The translations under genes and the position numbers were made by a program. A stretch of 59,932 nt of DNA. Source: Granulicella sp. (GTDB lineage: Bacteria > Acidobacteriota > Terriglobia > Terriglobales > Acidobacteriaceae). Positions within the stretch are counted from its first letter, which is position 1, and the number at the start of each line of letters is the position of its first letter. Below the pieces are notes generated by a model, which searched no databases, was not told where the DNA came from, and saw nothing but the letters and a program-made list of their open reading frames with translations. Positions 20,516 to 30,526 of this stretch are shown one piece after another. Location of the stretch: the NCBI GenBank assembly GCA_027339965.1, contig DAHWNL010000086.1, positions 1-59,932 on the forward strand, in the 5' to 3' direction.

Positions 20516-21034
20516 ATGGTCCGTCCTTATCGTGATGTCTGGCCCACGATCGCCCCTGGCTGCTACATCGACCCCTCGGCTCAGCTCATCGGCGACGTTC
20601 ATCTCGGTCCTCGCTCTTCCCTGTGGCCCAACGCCGTCGTCCGCGGCGACGTTCACCTCATCCGCATCGGCGCCAAAACCAACATCCAGGACTGCGCCGT
20701 CCTGCACGGTATGCGCAACCTGCATCCGGTTCTGATCGGCGATCGCGTCAGCATCGGCCACAACGCCACGGTCCACGGCTGCACCGTTGAGGACGACATT
20801 CTGATCGGCATCGGCGCCATCGTCCTGAATGGAGCTCATATCGGCTCAGGCAGCATCATTGCGGCCGGCGCCCTGGTTCAAGAGGGCACCACCATCCCCC
20901 CAAACTCTCTGGTCGCCGGCGTGCCCGGCAAGATCCGCCGCTCCACCACCCCGGCCGACATCGCCCTCATCCAGTCCACCGCCAACAACTATCTGGACTA
21001 CATCCTCGCCCATCAGGCCGAACCGGCCGTCTGA
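20516..21034 (+). CDS. gamma-carbonic anhydrase-like hexapeptide-repeat protein
   Basis: LIGDV, VRGDV, TNIQDCAVLH and IGHNATVHGC motifs. Confidence 0.92.
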   Translation: MVRPYRDVWPTIAPGCYIDPSAQLIGDVHLGPRSSLWPNAVVRGDVHLIRIGAKTNIQDCAVLHGMRNLHPVLIGDRVSIGHNATVHGCTVEDDILIGIGAIVLNGAHIGSGSIIAAGALVQEGTTIPPNSLVAGVPGKIRRSTTPADIALIQSTANNYLDYILAHQAEPAV

Positions 21035-21248
21035 CCTTGCGGCGGCGTCCCTTGCGGCGGCTTCCCTTCCGGCGGATTCAGGATCCATCCCTTATAGCAT
21101 TTTCAGTGTTGATGGGTGTCCCAAAGAGGGCTTGCAGTGGCGTTTTCATTGGGGAAAACGCCCATTGAAGTCGAGGCATGGGGTACACCTACACTGAAAC
21201 TGCTGTAGCGCCAGGTTCGATGGTGGAGCCCTCCAGAGCCTGCGGCTC

Positions 21249-22376
21249 TCACCTCTGGCCTGCATCAGCCGCATTAAGGAACTGCGCCACCTGAGCGCCG
21301 ATCACCGGTTCGCTCAAGCGGTCTCTCCAAAACGCCAGCCCGGCCTGGCGATAGTGCTCCAGCGCATCCAGATCGCGGGCATATCGCTTCATCAAAGCGG
21401 GAAGCACCTTCCAATGGTCCACCTGGATCACAGGAGCATCCTTCAGAAAAGGCTCGTCCGGCAGCATATTGGTAATCACCAGGCAACCGGCTCGCAATCC
21501 TTCGTACATGCGGAAGGTTTCGTCGACGGTGCCCCGCGGCGCCAGGCAGACCCGGGTGTTCATCATCCGCTGGGAGTAACTGTTGAACAACGGTGTCTTC
21601 GGGCCATCATGGCCGCCCGAAATGTCAGCCATCTCGATCCGCCACTCCGAATTCTTCTTCAGCTCCAGCATCGCATCCCAAAGCTGCAGCCGGGACTGGG
21701 TCTTGGAGTCCGAAGTCCAGTGCCGATAGTCGAGCCACCGAGTCTGGGTTCGCAATTCCCCGGTAAAAAACGCATCCAGATTGCGCTCCGCCATGGGGAT
21801 CTGCGGCAGTTCCTCCTGACTGTGATAACCCAGCGGAATGGTAAGCACACTCGGGGAGTTGTGAATGCGCGCCGGCCAATCCGCCGGCGGAGAGCTGACG
21901 TGGTATCGGGAACGCCAATGGGTCACGTGATCCCGAACATACTGGAAGCAGAGCACGGCCTCATATTTGTTGATCCCCAGACGCGGATGAAAGCCCAGAA
22001 AAGGCCTGTCACGCAGGCAACGAATCACCCCACGCACATGTCTCGCATAGCGGGGAATCTTGCATCGCTCCTCCTGCCACACCACCGCAACGATGTGATT
22101 CCCATACTCCGGCAGCTCATTGGGGTTTTTGGTGAGGTAAAACCGTAACCTCTCCCCCTCCAAGCGCTTCGCTGCCTCCGCCAGCACCTTCAGCGGATAC
22201 CTCCACTCCGCGTTCATCGTCTCGTCGCGTTCCGGCCCAGGTGGCAACTCAACCCGCGGCCCGTGCATCGGGCCTCGCCAGCGGAAGTACTCAGGCTCAA
22301 TCGCGGCCGTTGTGCGATTCGAGGATCGATTTTGCGTGAATCCTGGGGATTCGCTTCCAGTCTCTGATCTGTGCAT
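21249..22376 (-). CDS. exostosin/GT47-like glycosyltransferase; start uncertain
   Basis: YSQRMMNTRVCLAPRG...TFRMYEGLRAGCLVI resembles the exostosin C-terminal motif. Confidence 0.6.
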   Translation of the reverse strand: MHRSETGSESPGFTQNRSSNRTTAAIEPEYFRWRGPMHGPRVELPPGPERDETMNAEWRYPLKVLAEAAKRLEGERLRFYLTKNPNELPEYGNHIVAVVWQEERCKIPRYARHVRGVIRCLRDRPFLGFHPRLGINKYEAVLCFQYVRDHVTHWRSRYHVSSPPADWPARIHNSPSVLTIPLGYHSQEELPQIPMAERNLDAFFTGELRTQTRWLDYRHWTSDSKTQSRLQLWDAMLELKKNSEWRIEMADISGGHDGPKTPLFNSYSQRMMNTRVCLAPRGTVDETFRMYEGLRAGCLVITNMLPDEPFLKDAPVIQVDHWKVLPALMKRYARDLDALEHYRQAGLAFWRDRLSEPVIGAQVAQFLNAADAGQR

Positions 22377-22854
22377 GCGCAAACAGCTTGAATGGTACCA
22401 GAACGTGACCCAACACAGACCTCGAGGAAATCCAGGAACTGTGTTCCATACCGCGCGTAGTTCGATCAGCGAGCCGACTGGCGCAGGGTTTTCCCTGCCC
22501 TCGATTGCACCGCGCCAAAGGCTGAACTCGGGCAGTACTTTCGGCGGTACCGCGCGCCGTATTCATCGTCTCCTCCTCTTCCGGTCTTGCGCGCGGTTCC
22601 GTGTGGCTCGTGCATCGGGACGGACCAGCAGAACCATTCCGCAACCTTCGAGCGGCTGTGGCATGCCGCGTCCATTCCTTTGGCAATGATCCGAAGTCCC
22701 CTTCTCCACCCTCCACCAGTCCATAATGGGCAAGGCGGGATGCCTGAGAAACCGCGGTGTGCATGGTTGGCCGCAGGATCGATGCCTCCCCGTCGGGGGA
22801 AGTTCCTCTGCACGGAGAAAGCTGTATAATTCCGGTTCGAACGGGTGATAGCTT

Positions 22855-22986
22855 ATGTGGACGGCCTCCAATCCGACCATGAACCTGCGTGAGATGTTGC
22901 GGCGCTCCAGGCGGCAGGTTCATCTTTCGACGCATTCGCGCCCTCTGCCCAGTAGCTTGCGGCCCAATCTGTTCTCCGGCGATTAG
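22855..22986 (+). other. possible 43-aa upstream ORF in the long leader of the aminotransferase operon
   Basis: ATG about 25 nt after TATAAT (22825-22830); MWTASNPTMNLREMLRRSRRQ...; overlaps a 10-bp stem. Confidence 0.25.
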
Positions 22987-23208
22987 ACTACCTGCCTTGC
23001 CGCCCCTGTTGCGAGCCTCCTTGCCGGCGGAGCAGCCTTCCACGCCACGCCGGGAAGGTTTTAGGCTCCTTGGGCTCTCCGCACTTTTCCGTAAAGCAAC
23101 GCCTGCGAGCATGAGCCCTTTCAGCTTGACGAGCGGCATGGCCACGCCCATCCGGCTCGCTTTGGGACGCCACGAAGCACGCGCCGGCGCGGGCTTTCGC
23201 CATGCAGG

Positions 23209-24609
23209 ATGAGAGAGAACTTCATGAACAGCCAGATGCCTCCAGTTCAACGCCAAGCAACTCCGGAGATGCACGCGCGCTTCGGACCCAAGTTTGTCGG
23301 AGCCGTGCCCGGTCCTTGTGCCCAGGCGGTAGTCGCTGAGGACGGCCGTTACATCTCCCCGAGCTATACACGCGGCTATCCGCTGGTGGTCAAGCGCGGC
23401 TCAGGGTGCCGCATTGAAGACGTGGACGGCAATGAGTTCCTGGACGTGACGGCAGGGATCGCTGTCACCTCCACCGGTCACTGTCACCCGGAGGTCGTGA
23501 AAGCGGTACAGGAGCAGGCCACGCGGCTTCTGCATATGTCCGGGACGGATTTTTACTATGACCTGATGCCTAGGGTTGCGGAGCGGCTTTCGGCCACTGC
23601 CCCTATGCCGGGGCCGCATCGCATCTACTACGGCAACTCCGGCGCGGAGGCCATTGAGTGCGCCATCAAGCTGGCGCGTTACCACACGGGCCGGCAAAAC
23701 ATCATCAGCTTTGTGGGCAGCTTCCACGGCAGAACCATGGGAGCTCTTTCGCTCACTGCCTCCAAGGTGCAGCAAAAGCGCCGTTTCGGGCCGTTCGTTC
23801 CCGGAGCGACTCAGGTGCGCTACCCGTACGCCTACCGCGGATGCAGTGGAGGTCCGCAGGAAGAGCAGGCTTTTGCCCTGGGTTGCGCCCGGTATATCGA
23901 AGACAAGCTGTTCAAGACTGTGCTGGCACCGGAGGAGGTCGCGGCGATCTTCGTTGAGCCCATCCAGGGTGAGGGGGGCTACGTGGTGGCTCCGAATATC
24001 TTTCTGCAGGAGATTCGCCGGATCTGCGATCGTCATGGAATCCTGATGGTTGTCGATGAGATTCAGTCCGGTGCCGGCCGCACGGGAAAGTGGTGGGCGA
24101 TCGAGCACTCTGGGGTGCAACCGGACATCGTATGCATGGCCAAAGGCATCGCCTCCGGTATGCCGCTGGGGGTTTGTCTGGCGCGAGCCGAGGTGATGGA
24201 CTGGACGCCTGGCTCCCACGCCAGCACCTTTGGCGGCAATCCCGTCTGCCTGGCCGCAGCATTGGCCACAATCGACATCATCCAGCGCGAGGCCATGGCC
24301 AATGCGGCTGCCGTGGGGACGGCGGCGCTGCAACGGCTGGGAAGCTGGGTCGAACAATATCCCATCGTCGGCGAAGTGCGCGGGCGCGGGCTGATGATCG
24401 GCGTTGAGATCGTCACGGACCAGCAGAGTCGAGAGGCCGCCAGCGATCTGCGCGACAAGATCGTCGATCTGGCCTTCGAGCGCGGCCTGCTTTTACTGGG
24501 CTGCGGGGCTAACACCCTGCGCATCTGCCCGCCGCTGGTGATCTCGCCAGAGGAGATGGAGGTGGCGCTGGATCTGCTGGAGGAGTGCGTGGTGCGGGCG
24601 ATGCAGTAG
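23209..24609 (+). CDS. class III PLP aminotransferase (GABA/acetylornithine/omega-amino type)
   Basis: NSGAEA, SFHGRT, EPIQGEGG and DEIQSGAGRTG...MAKGIASG motifs. Confidence 0.95.
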   Translation: MRENFMNSQMPPVQRQATPEMHARFGPKFVGAVPGPCAQAVVAEDGRYISPSYTRGYPLVVKRGSGCRIEDVDGNEFLDVTAGIAVTSTGHCHPEVVKAVQEQATRLLHMSGTDFYYDLMPRVAERLSATAPMPGPHRIYYGNSGAEAIECAIKLARYHTGRQNIISFVGSFHGRTMGALSLTASKVQQKRRFGPFVPGATQVRYPYAYRGCSGGPQEEQAFALGCARYIEDKLFKTVLAPEEVAAIFVEPIQGEGGYVVAPNIFLQEIRRICDRHGILMVVDEIQSGAGRTGKWWAIEHSGVQPDIVCMAKGIASGMPLGVCLARAEVMDWTPGSHASTFGGNPVCLAAALATIDIIQREAMANAAAVGTAALQRLGSWVEQYPIVGEVRGRGLMIGVEIVTDQQSREAASDLRDKIVDLAFERGLLLLGCGANTLRICPPLVISPEEMEVALDLLEECVVRAMQ

Positions 24610-24704
24610 ACCTGGATCAGCCCGCCAGCCTGTCCTGGGCGGCGCTGACGATCGGCGCAGAGGGCGCTCGATGCCCGCACAAGGAAGAGATGGAAGGAGA
24701 TGAG

Positions 24705-26324
24705 ATGGCGCTAAATTCGATTGTCGTGGAAGAGCCTTCGCCGCGCGAGGAGGTTCATTGCTTGCTCACGCGGCTGGGAGTGACGGAGTTGTTGACCAGG
24801 CTGGCTGGGAGCGCAGATCCGTCTTCCGCAACGGAGATCGAGGTGCGAACGCCGATCACCGGGCAGGTGTTGGCGCGGCTGCGGGAGACCTGCGAATCGG
24901 ATGCGCGCGAGGCGATCGAGGCGGCGCATCGCGCGTTTCTGGTCTGGCGCAGCGTGCCGCCGCCCCGGCGCGGTGAGCTGGTGCGTGCGCTCGGAGAGGA
25001 GCTGCGCGCGGGGGCGGAAGGGCTGGGGCGGCTGGTCACGCTGGAGACCGGCAAGATCCTTTCCGAGGGTCTGGGCGAGGTGCAGGAGATGATCGATATC
25101 TGCGCCTTTGCCATCGGGCTCTCGCGGCAGTTGGAAGGGCGAACCATCGCCTCCGAGCGCGCTGACCATCGCATGATGGAGACCTGGCATCCGCTGGGCG
25201 TGGTGGGCGTGATTTCAGCGTTCAACTTCCCGGTGGCGGTCTGGTCGTGGAACGCGGCGCTGGCCCTGGTCTGCGGGGACGCCGTGGTGTGGAAGCCGTC
25301 CGAGAAGGCGCCGTTGACGGCACTGGCGGTGCAGGCTCTGTTTCTGCGCGCGGCGGAGAAGGTGGGTGGCGTCCCAGAGAGTTTGTGCTCCGTGTTGCTG
25401 GGCGGCGCCAGGCTGGGGGAGTTATTGGTGGACTCGCCGCGGATTGCGCTGCTCTCGGCCACCGGCTCGACGGCGATGGGCCGGGCTGTGGGGCCCCGCC
25501 TGGCCAGCCGGTTTGCGCGCGGGTTGCTGGAGTTGGGCGGCAACAATGCGGCTATCGTCTGCCCCAGCGCGGATCTGGACCTTACCCTGCGCGCGGTCGC
25601 CTTTGCCGCCCTGGGAACCGCCGGCCAGCGCTGCACCACGCTGCGCCGCCTGATCGTCCACGAGTCGGTCTACGCGGATCTGATCTCGCGTTTGAAGCGG
25701 GTGTATCGCTCGGTGATGGTGGGGGATCCGCGCGCTGCCGGAACGCTGGTCGGCCCCCTGATCGACGAGCGCGCCTTTGCCGCCATGCAAGCCGCGCTGG
25801 AGGAGGCGCGCAGCTCCGAAGCCGAGATCTCCGGTGGCGAGCGGATCGAGATGGAAGCCGCGGGCGGAGAATCCGCCTTCTATGTGCGGCCCGCTCTGGT
25901 GGAGGTCGCGGCGCAGCTCCCGGTGGTGAAGCGTGAGACCTTTGCGCCCATCCTCTACGTGATGAGGTACCGCGATCTGGAGGAAGCCATTGCGCTGCAT
26001 AACGACGTGTCGCAGGGCCTTTCGTCGTCGATCTTTACCTTGAACATCCGGGAGGCGGAGCGGTTTCTCTCCGCCTCCTGATCGGACTGCGGAATCGCCA
26101 ACGTCAACATCGGCACGTCAGGCGCGGAGATTGGCGGGGCGTTTGGCGGGGAGAAGGAGACCGGCGGCGGTCGCGAGTCCGGCTCCGATGCCTGGAAGCA
26201 GTACATGCGGCGCGCCACCAATACCATCAACTATGGGACCAAGCTGCCTCTCGCTCAGGGCGTGAGCTTTGAGATTGTGCCGGCAGAACGTGGGGGACAA
26301 AGTAGCTTTGCAACGCGGGAGTGA
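24705..26324 (+). pseudogene. ALDH7 (alpha-aminoadipate semialdehyde / P6C dehydrogenase-like) with in-frame TGA at 26079-26081
   Basis: SAFNFPVAVWSWN, ELGGNN and AGQRCTT motifs; after the TGA the same frame continues [44 protein letters not shown]...LPLAQGVSF to TGA at 26322-26324. Confidence 0.9.
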
Positions 26325-26496
26325 CGTCAGGAGTTGTGAGCTGGCGGCAAGTCTGGTCCGCGGACCAGGGGATCCTGTGGGGCAGGGCTCTCCGCGAGTG
26401 CCGGGCATGAAATCGGATGCGAGGCCGAGAGGTGGAGCGCAAAGAATGAGCCGCCCGGATGGCGGAGGAACAGGCGGGCAGAGTAAAGTAAGCGAC

Positions 26497-28077
26497 ATGA
26501 GCTTGCAACGTTTCTCTCTCCTCAAATCGCTTCTTAGTCCGCTCCCGGCGTTGCTGTGGAGACCGGTGTTGCTGTCCAGCGTCTTCCTGGCTGCGGCCTT
26601 GCCACTGGCGGCGCAGCATCCGCGCGCAGACGCGCAGAGTGGACCTGCGTCGGCGCAGCCTGCCACAGAGCTGACGCCGGCGGAGATCAAGGCTATCGAA
26701 CTGCCACCCGACAAGTCTGTGGAGCAGACGATTACGGTGCATGGCAAGACCCTGCACTATACAGCAACGGTTGGAACCATCCGGCTGACGGATGACAAGG
26801 GAAAGCCGACCGGAGACGTGATGTACACGTCCTATGTTCTGGATCACGAGAAGGGCGCTGCGGACCGGCCAGTGCTGTTTGCAGTGAATGGAGGACCGGG
26901 CGCTTCCAGCGTGTATCTGAACATGGGGGCGATCGGCCCCAAGCACCTGGCGTTTGCCGACCAGGGCGACTCGGCCAGCGATCCGGCGACACTGACCGAT
27001 AATCCAGGAACCTGGCTGGACTTTACGGATGAAGTGTTCATCGACCCCATCGGTACAGGGTTCTCCCGGGCTCTGGTACCTGAGGCGCAGGCCAAAAAGC
27101 TGTTCTACTCTCCGACGCCGGATATTCAGTACTTGTCGCTGGTGATCTACAAGTGGCTGGTCAAGAATGACCGGCTTCTGGACAAGAAGTATCTGATCGG
27201 CGAGAGCTATGGCGGGTATCGCGTGCCGCGGATGACGCACTACATGCAGTCGACGCTGGGCGTGGCGATGGATGGAATCTTCCTGGTGAGCCCGTATTTG
27301 AATCCATCGTTCGGCAATGGCAACTTATCGCCCATTCCGTGGATGATCACGCTGCCTTCCATTACGGCGGCGTACCTGGAGCGACAGCACAAGCTAACCG
27401 ACGCGGCCATGCAGCCGGTGATTGCCTATACCGAGGGCGATTATGCCGAAGCGCTCATCAAAGGACCGGCGGACAAGACAGCTACGGACGCCATGATCGC
27501 CAAAGTGACGCAGATGACCGGGCTGGACCCCGACTTCGTGAAGTACTCTGGCGGACGCCTGAGTACGCAGGCGTATCTGCGCGAGGTACACCGGGAGCAA
27601 GGAACGATCGGCAGCGTGTATGACTCGAATGTGACCCTGCCTGATCCCTTTCCGTATGCGCCCTATCAACAGTCCAACGATCCCATTCTGGAGAGCATCG
27701 TCGCTCCGGTGACGACGGCGATGGTGAATTTTATTACCAACACGGTGGGATGGAAGACCGACGCGCAGTACTATGCGCTCTCCTACCAGGTCAACCGCGA
27801 TTGGGACCGGTCCGGTTCCACGCTGCGCCAAGGCGCGGTGGATGATCTGCGCGAGGCGATGGCGGCCGACCCCAAGATGGATGTGCTGGTGGTGCATGGA
27901 TGGGATGATCTGTCCTGCCCGTTCATGGGGACGTTGCTGACCCAAAATGAGCTGCCGGTGAAGATCGCCAGCCAGCTCTCGGTGCATGAGTTTCCGGGCG
28001 GGCATATGTTCTACACGCGGTGGTCGAATGGAGAAAAGCTGCATGCGTTGGGCGAGCGTCTCGTAGAAAATCACTGA
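26497..28077 (+). CDS. secreted serine carboxypeptidase, peptidase S10 family
   Basis: Signal peptide; NGGPGASS, IDPIGTGFS, GESYGG nucleophile and GHMFY motifs. Confidence 0.93.
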   Translation: MSLQRFSLLKSLLSPLPALLWRPVLLSSVFLAAALPLAAQHPRADAQSGPASAQPATELTPAEIKAIELPPDKSVEQTITVHGKTLHYTATVGTIRLTDDKGKPTGDVMYTSYVLDHEKGAADRPVLFAVNGGPGASSVYLNMGAIGPKHLAFADQGDSASDPATLTDNPGTWLDFTDEVFIDPIGTGFSRALVPEAQAKKLFYSPTPDIQYLSLVIYKWLVKNDRLLDKKYLIGESYGGYRVPRMTHYMQSTLGVAMDGIFLVSPYLNPSFGNGNLSPIPWMITLPSITAAYLERQHKLTDAAMQPVIAYTEGDYAEALIKGPADKTATDAMIAKVTQMTGLDPDFVKYSGGRLSTQAYLREVHREQGTIGSVYDSNVTLPDPFPYAPYQQSNDPILESIVAPVTTAMVNFITNTVGWKTDAQYYALSYQVNRDWDRSGSTLRQGAVDDLREAMAADPKMDVLVVHGWDDLSCPFMGTLLTQNELPVKIASQLSVHEFPGGHMFYTRWSNGEKLHALGERLVENH

Positions 28078-28346
28078 GCGGGATGGCAGCCGGAGCGCTG
28101 GAGAGGAAAGCGAACCCTTTCCAGCCCCGGCCTGTCCGTCTAGTGGATTTGGAGCTGGTTTGGCTCGGGGATGGGCTGCGCCTGTTGAAAGCGGCCAAGA
28201 GCTCAAGCGGAGAAGGGTCCGACCAACCGGCGCCCGGAGGGCCTCGACCTTGGAAGGAGGCCTCTGATAGAACGATAGGCAAGGGTCCTTGGCGGCCAAG
28301 CCGTGGTCGGCGAACGGAACACAGCGGAGAGGAGGAAGAGGCTGGG

Positions 28347-28850
28347 GTGATTCTTTCGTATGTTTTGTTGGGAATTACGGTGGGGCTGCGATCCATGACA
28401 GCCATGGCGGTCATCTGTTGGTTTGCGTGGCTGCGCCTGTTGCCTCAGTCGGGATGGGCGCTCTGGGTGGGGAGCCTGGTGGCGGTGATCTTCTTCACGA
28501 TGGCTGCACTGGGTGAGTATGTGGGAGACACCTTGCCGCAGGCACCCAAGCGCACGGCGCCGCTGGGTCTCATGGCGCGCTTTGTGTTGGGGGCGATGGC
28601 GGGGGCCCTGGCCGCGCGCGCAGTCTTTGAGCCGGTTGCGGGCGGAGTTCTTTTTGGCCTGATCGGAGCGAGCATCGGGGCTTTTGGTGGGTACCGTGTG
28701 CGGATGTTTTGGTCGAAGGCGTTGGGCAGAGATCTGCCGGTGGCGCTGATGGAGTCCGCAATCGCTCTGGGGCTGGCGGTATTCGGATGCTGGCAGTTGC
28801 ATCAGTCACTGCTGAGCATCCTGTCGTCGCTGCCGCAGGCCGGCCAATAG
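28347..28850 (+). CDS. membrane protein (DUF4126-like)
   Basis: GTG start after GGAGG; GLRSMTA, GEYVGDTLP..PKRT and DLPVALME motifs. Confidence 0.7.
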   Translation: MILSYVLLGITVGLRSMTAMAVICWFAWLRLLPQSGWALWVGSLVAVIFFTMAALGEYVGDTLPQAPKRTAPLGLMARFVLGAMAGALAARAVFEPVAGGVLFGLIGASIGAFGGYRVRMFWSKALGRDLPVALMESAIALGLAVFGCWQLHQSLLSILSSLPQAGQ

Positions 28851-28912
28851 GACGCTGGTTTCTCGGCGCGGCCACTTCGCAGTGCGGCGGCGCAAGGGAG
28901 CGAGCCGGGCAG

Positions 28913-29776
28913 TCAGCCCCGGCTCGCCAAAGCGATGCGAGGAATCTGGGCGTAATCGTTCTGGATGCGCAGGTCCGTCCAGGGTCTGTTGGATGACTTT
29001 TCGAACAATCTGCGAATGGGATCGCTCTGCCCATAGCCGATCTCCAGAGCCAGCAAACCGCCCGGCTTCAGAGCTTGGTGCGCCGCAGGAATCAGGCGCT
29101 GATAGATCTCCAAACCGGAGGGACCGGCGAAGAGAGCCGTATGCGGCTCATGCTGCAGAACCTCTTCCTGCATGGTGGCCGCTTCGTAAATCGAGATGTA
29201 GGGCGGGTTGCAGACGATGACGTCAAACGGCGGCGCTGCGGCGAAGTGCGGCGCGCCGAGCAGGTCGGACTGAAGAAACAGAATTCGATCCGCCAGCCCC
29301 AGCCTCCCGGCGGTGTGCTCGGCGATCGAAAGAGGCTTGGGATAGAGGTCCGTCGCGGTGATCGCCGCCGCCGGAAGATGGGTGGCCAGCGCGATGGCAA
29401 TCGCGCCAGTTCCGGTTCCAACGTCCAGGATGCGCAGCGGTTGCCGCGGCGAGCGCAGATCGGGCTGGCCGGCAATCCACTCGAGCACGGCTTCCACCAG
29501 TAGCTCCGTCTCAGGACGCGGGATCAGCGTGTCGCGGGTTACGCGCAGGTTGATGCCGAAGAACTCCTGCGCCCCAGTGAGGTACTGGATGGGCTCACGA
29601 GCGGCGCGGCGCATCACCAGAGAGCGGTAGGAGCGCTGCAGCGTGGCGGAGAGCTCCGTCTCCGCATGCGCGATCAGCCAGGGACGGTCCCGGAAGAGGA
29701 GATGCGCCAGCAGCGTCTCGGCCTCGCGGCGAGGGATGGAGGCTGAGGCTTCGGTGAGAGCTTCGCGTAGGGTCAT
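28913..29776 (-). CDS. prmC: release factor glutamine methyltransferase
   Basis: EPIQYLTG, LIPRPETE, LDVGTGTG, NPPY and EIGYGQ motifs. Confidence 0.95.
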   Translation of the reverse strand: MTLREALTEASASIPRREAETLLAHLLFRDRPWLIAHAETELSATLQRSYRSLVMRRAAREPIQYLTGAQEFFGINLRVTRDTLIPRPETELLVEAVLEWIAGQPDLRSPRQPLRILDVGTGTGAIAIALATHLPAAAITATDLYPKPLSIAEHTAGRLGLADRILFLQSDLLGAPHFAAAPPFDVIVCNPPYISIYEAATMQEEVLQHEPHTALFAGPSGLEIYQRLIPAAHQALKPGGLLALEIGYGQSDPIRRLFEKSSNRPWTDLRIQNDYAQIPRIALASRG

Positions 29777-29962
29777 AAGACAGCGGGTGGACCACCTTCC
29801 AGCCGGCGGAGCAAAAACTTCAGTTCTTACCGGGGCGCTTCCCGCCAAGATACGTCCGCAGCGCCACTACGGAATCCCCAAATCCCCGGAAGAGTGGCGG
29901 GAGGGGCAAGAAGGCTTCGAGATTTAGCATAGACGTTTTGCGCGCCACGGTGGGCTGGATCT

Positions 29963-30463
29963 GTGGTCTGGCCGACTGACGGCCGACAGCAAGGGGCGAA
30001 CCTCGGCAGGGTGAGCGGCAACAGCGGCGCGGTGGCGAAGAATATGCACTTTATGGTGGTGCGCAGTTATAAGTACCCAAGGCCGGGGATGTACAGCATG
30101 GCAAATGTGGACGCCTACCGTCAGAAGCTGCGGTCTGGAGACTGGAACTGCTTTCTTCATAACTATGAAAGCGAAGATCAATCGTCGACAGACATCTGCA
30201 ACCGGGCGCTGCCCAACAAGCAAGGCCGCGAGATGGTCATCATGGAGGTGAAGCCGACGAAGCTGACCTTCATCCACATCAGCGGCCAGGGGTCGCTGGC
30301 CGGTCTGGGTTCGTTGGGCGCGCTGGGCGGACTGCTGGGCCAGCCGCCCACGCCGCATCCATACCCCACTTGTGACTGGATCGTGTATGCGTCAGGAGTC
30401 CGGTTCGCAACGGAGGATTTACGGTGCAACGAAGGCGGCGCATGGCGAAGGCCCCGGCGTTGA
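29963..30463 (+). pseudogene. 5'-truncated DUF4252-like gene fragment
   Basis: VVRSYKY...VDAYRQKL..GDW, EMVIMEV.P..LTFIHISG.GSL resemble DUF4252 proteins; no signal peptide or clear start. Confidence 0.45.
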
Positions 30464-30526
30464 AGCAGAGAATCTGGTGGCAGCGGCTGGGGATGGAAGA
30501 CACTGCCCCCTCTACAATGGGGGGCG

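Noticed and set aside
22830..23208. Lysine riboswitch upstream of the aminotransferase
   Set aside because: I could not find the AGAGGUGC / AGUA-GAA sarcin-ricin core; kept only as an unclassified leader.
26079..26081. Selenocysteine or UGA=Gly alternative genetic code
   Set aside because: The position is a Gly, not a Cys, in the family; many intact genes here end in TGA (for example rpmA, prpD, larB).
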